Assembly (NCBI GenBank): GCA_021818955.1
Contig: JAKASR010000004.1
Span: 100,365 to 164,364, forward strand
DNA: 64,000 nucleotides
Origin: Acidobacteriota bacterium
GTDB taxonomy: Bacteria; Acidobacteriota; Terriglobia; Terriglobales; SCQP01
Reading direction: 5' to 3'
Position 1 is the stretch's first letter. Every line of letters starts with the position of its first letter. Positions 63,511 to 64,000 of this stretch are shown piece after piece. The position numbers were made by a program, and so were the translations under genes. The notes under the pieces are model-generated. The model was not told the DNA's origin and ran no database searches. It was given only the letters and a program-made list of their open reading frames with translations.

Positions 63511-64000
63511 CTAATCGCCTCCCAGCGTGAAATTGACGTTAATGATCGTGTCCACCTTGACTGGAACGCCGTTCAGCAAAGTCGGGGCGTAATGCCAGGT
63601 GCGCACCGCCTGCAACGCGGCGCCCACCAGCAGGCCGGGGCCGCTGACCACTTGCAGGTTGTCGATTCTGCCATCCTTGCCAATGATGGCGTGCAGCACC
63701 ACCGTGCCCTGAATATGAGCTTCCCGCGCCAGCGGCGGATACTGCGGATCCTGGCAATCCAGGCACTTGGCCGACTGCACGTTGCCGCCAACATGAATGA
63801 TCTGCGGCGTGGGCGGCGGCGGCGGCGGGGGCGCGGCCGAGGGCAGGCTGCTGAATACGCCCCCCATCACCCCCGTACTCGCGCTGTTGACCCCGCCGAT
63901 CACCCCGCTGGTGGGCGCTTGCGGCGGCGGCGCCTGTTCCTTGATCATGGCGATTTTTTTGGGAATCTGCTTCGGCGCCAGCAACTGGTTGTTCTTCATC
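63511..64000 (-). CDS. tonB: TonB-family energy transducer, N-terminus beyond the right window edge
   Basis: Pro-rich spacer (APPPPPPPTPQ). TonB_C domain PQYPPLAREAHIQGTVVLHAIIGKDGRIDNLQVVSGPGLLVGAALQAVRTWHYAPTLLNGVPV. No TM anchor is visible, so the gene probably starts upstream of base 64000. Confidence 0.75.
   Translation of the reverse strand, partial: MKNNQLLAPKQIPKKIAMIKEQAPPPQAPTSGVIGGVNSASTGVMGGVFSSLPSAAPPPPPPPTPQIIHVGGNVQSAKCLDCQDPQYPPLAREAHIQGTVVLHAIIGKDGRIDNLQVVSGPGLLVGAALQAVRTWHYAPTLLNGVPVKVDTIINVNFTLGGD

Overview
GC-rich, gene-dense chromosomal segment. Its gene content suggests an Acidobacteria-type soil bacterium, but that is inference with no database search: a CarboxypepD_reg-type TonB-dependent outer-membrane protein, an ATPase-less MacB/FtsX-type permease with several HlyD adaptors, and many exported hydrolases. 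I support about 50 protein-coding genes. I saw no rRNA, tRNA, CRISPR array, transposase or integrase. Most of the window is core housekeeping: tolQ-tolR-tolA-like-tolB-pal, recN, miaB, nagA, murA, a bamD-like gene, sdhCAB, pgsA and a tonB-exbB-exbD-exbD-TPR operon. The accessory parts are: (i) a sugar locus at the left edge with galM (cut by the edge and absent from the ORF track), a Tat-exported GH2 and a TonB-dependent-like OMP; (ii) a UmuC-like Y-family polymerase next to an SRAP gene; (iii) a TPR-NfeD-SPFH-SPOR gene string; (iv) an efflux operon of three paralogous HlyD adaptors, a permease with no ATPase, and TolC; (v) an ABC exporter divergent from a LiaF-like/LytS-type kinase/LytTR regulator module; (vi) an orphan type IV pilin gene with a consensus sigma-54 promoter. 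The most unusual signal is non-coding. A hairpin-rich element of about 222 nt occurs in three near-identical copies (3591-3815, 22899-23150, 32884-33105), with a compact relative at about 7368-7460. Every copy lies just downstream of a stop codon. Stems are conserved and loops vary, and one copy has gained an extra hairpin module. It could be a REP/MITE-like element or an undescribed structured RNA family. Most long antisense ORFs in the supplied track are GC-driven shadow frames. All product calls come from motifs read in the translations, not from searches.
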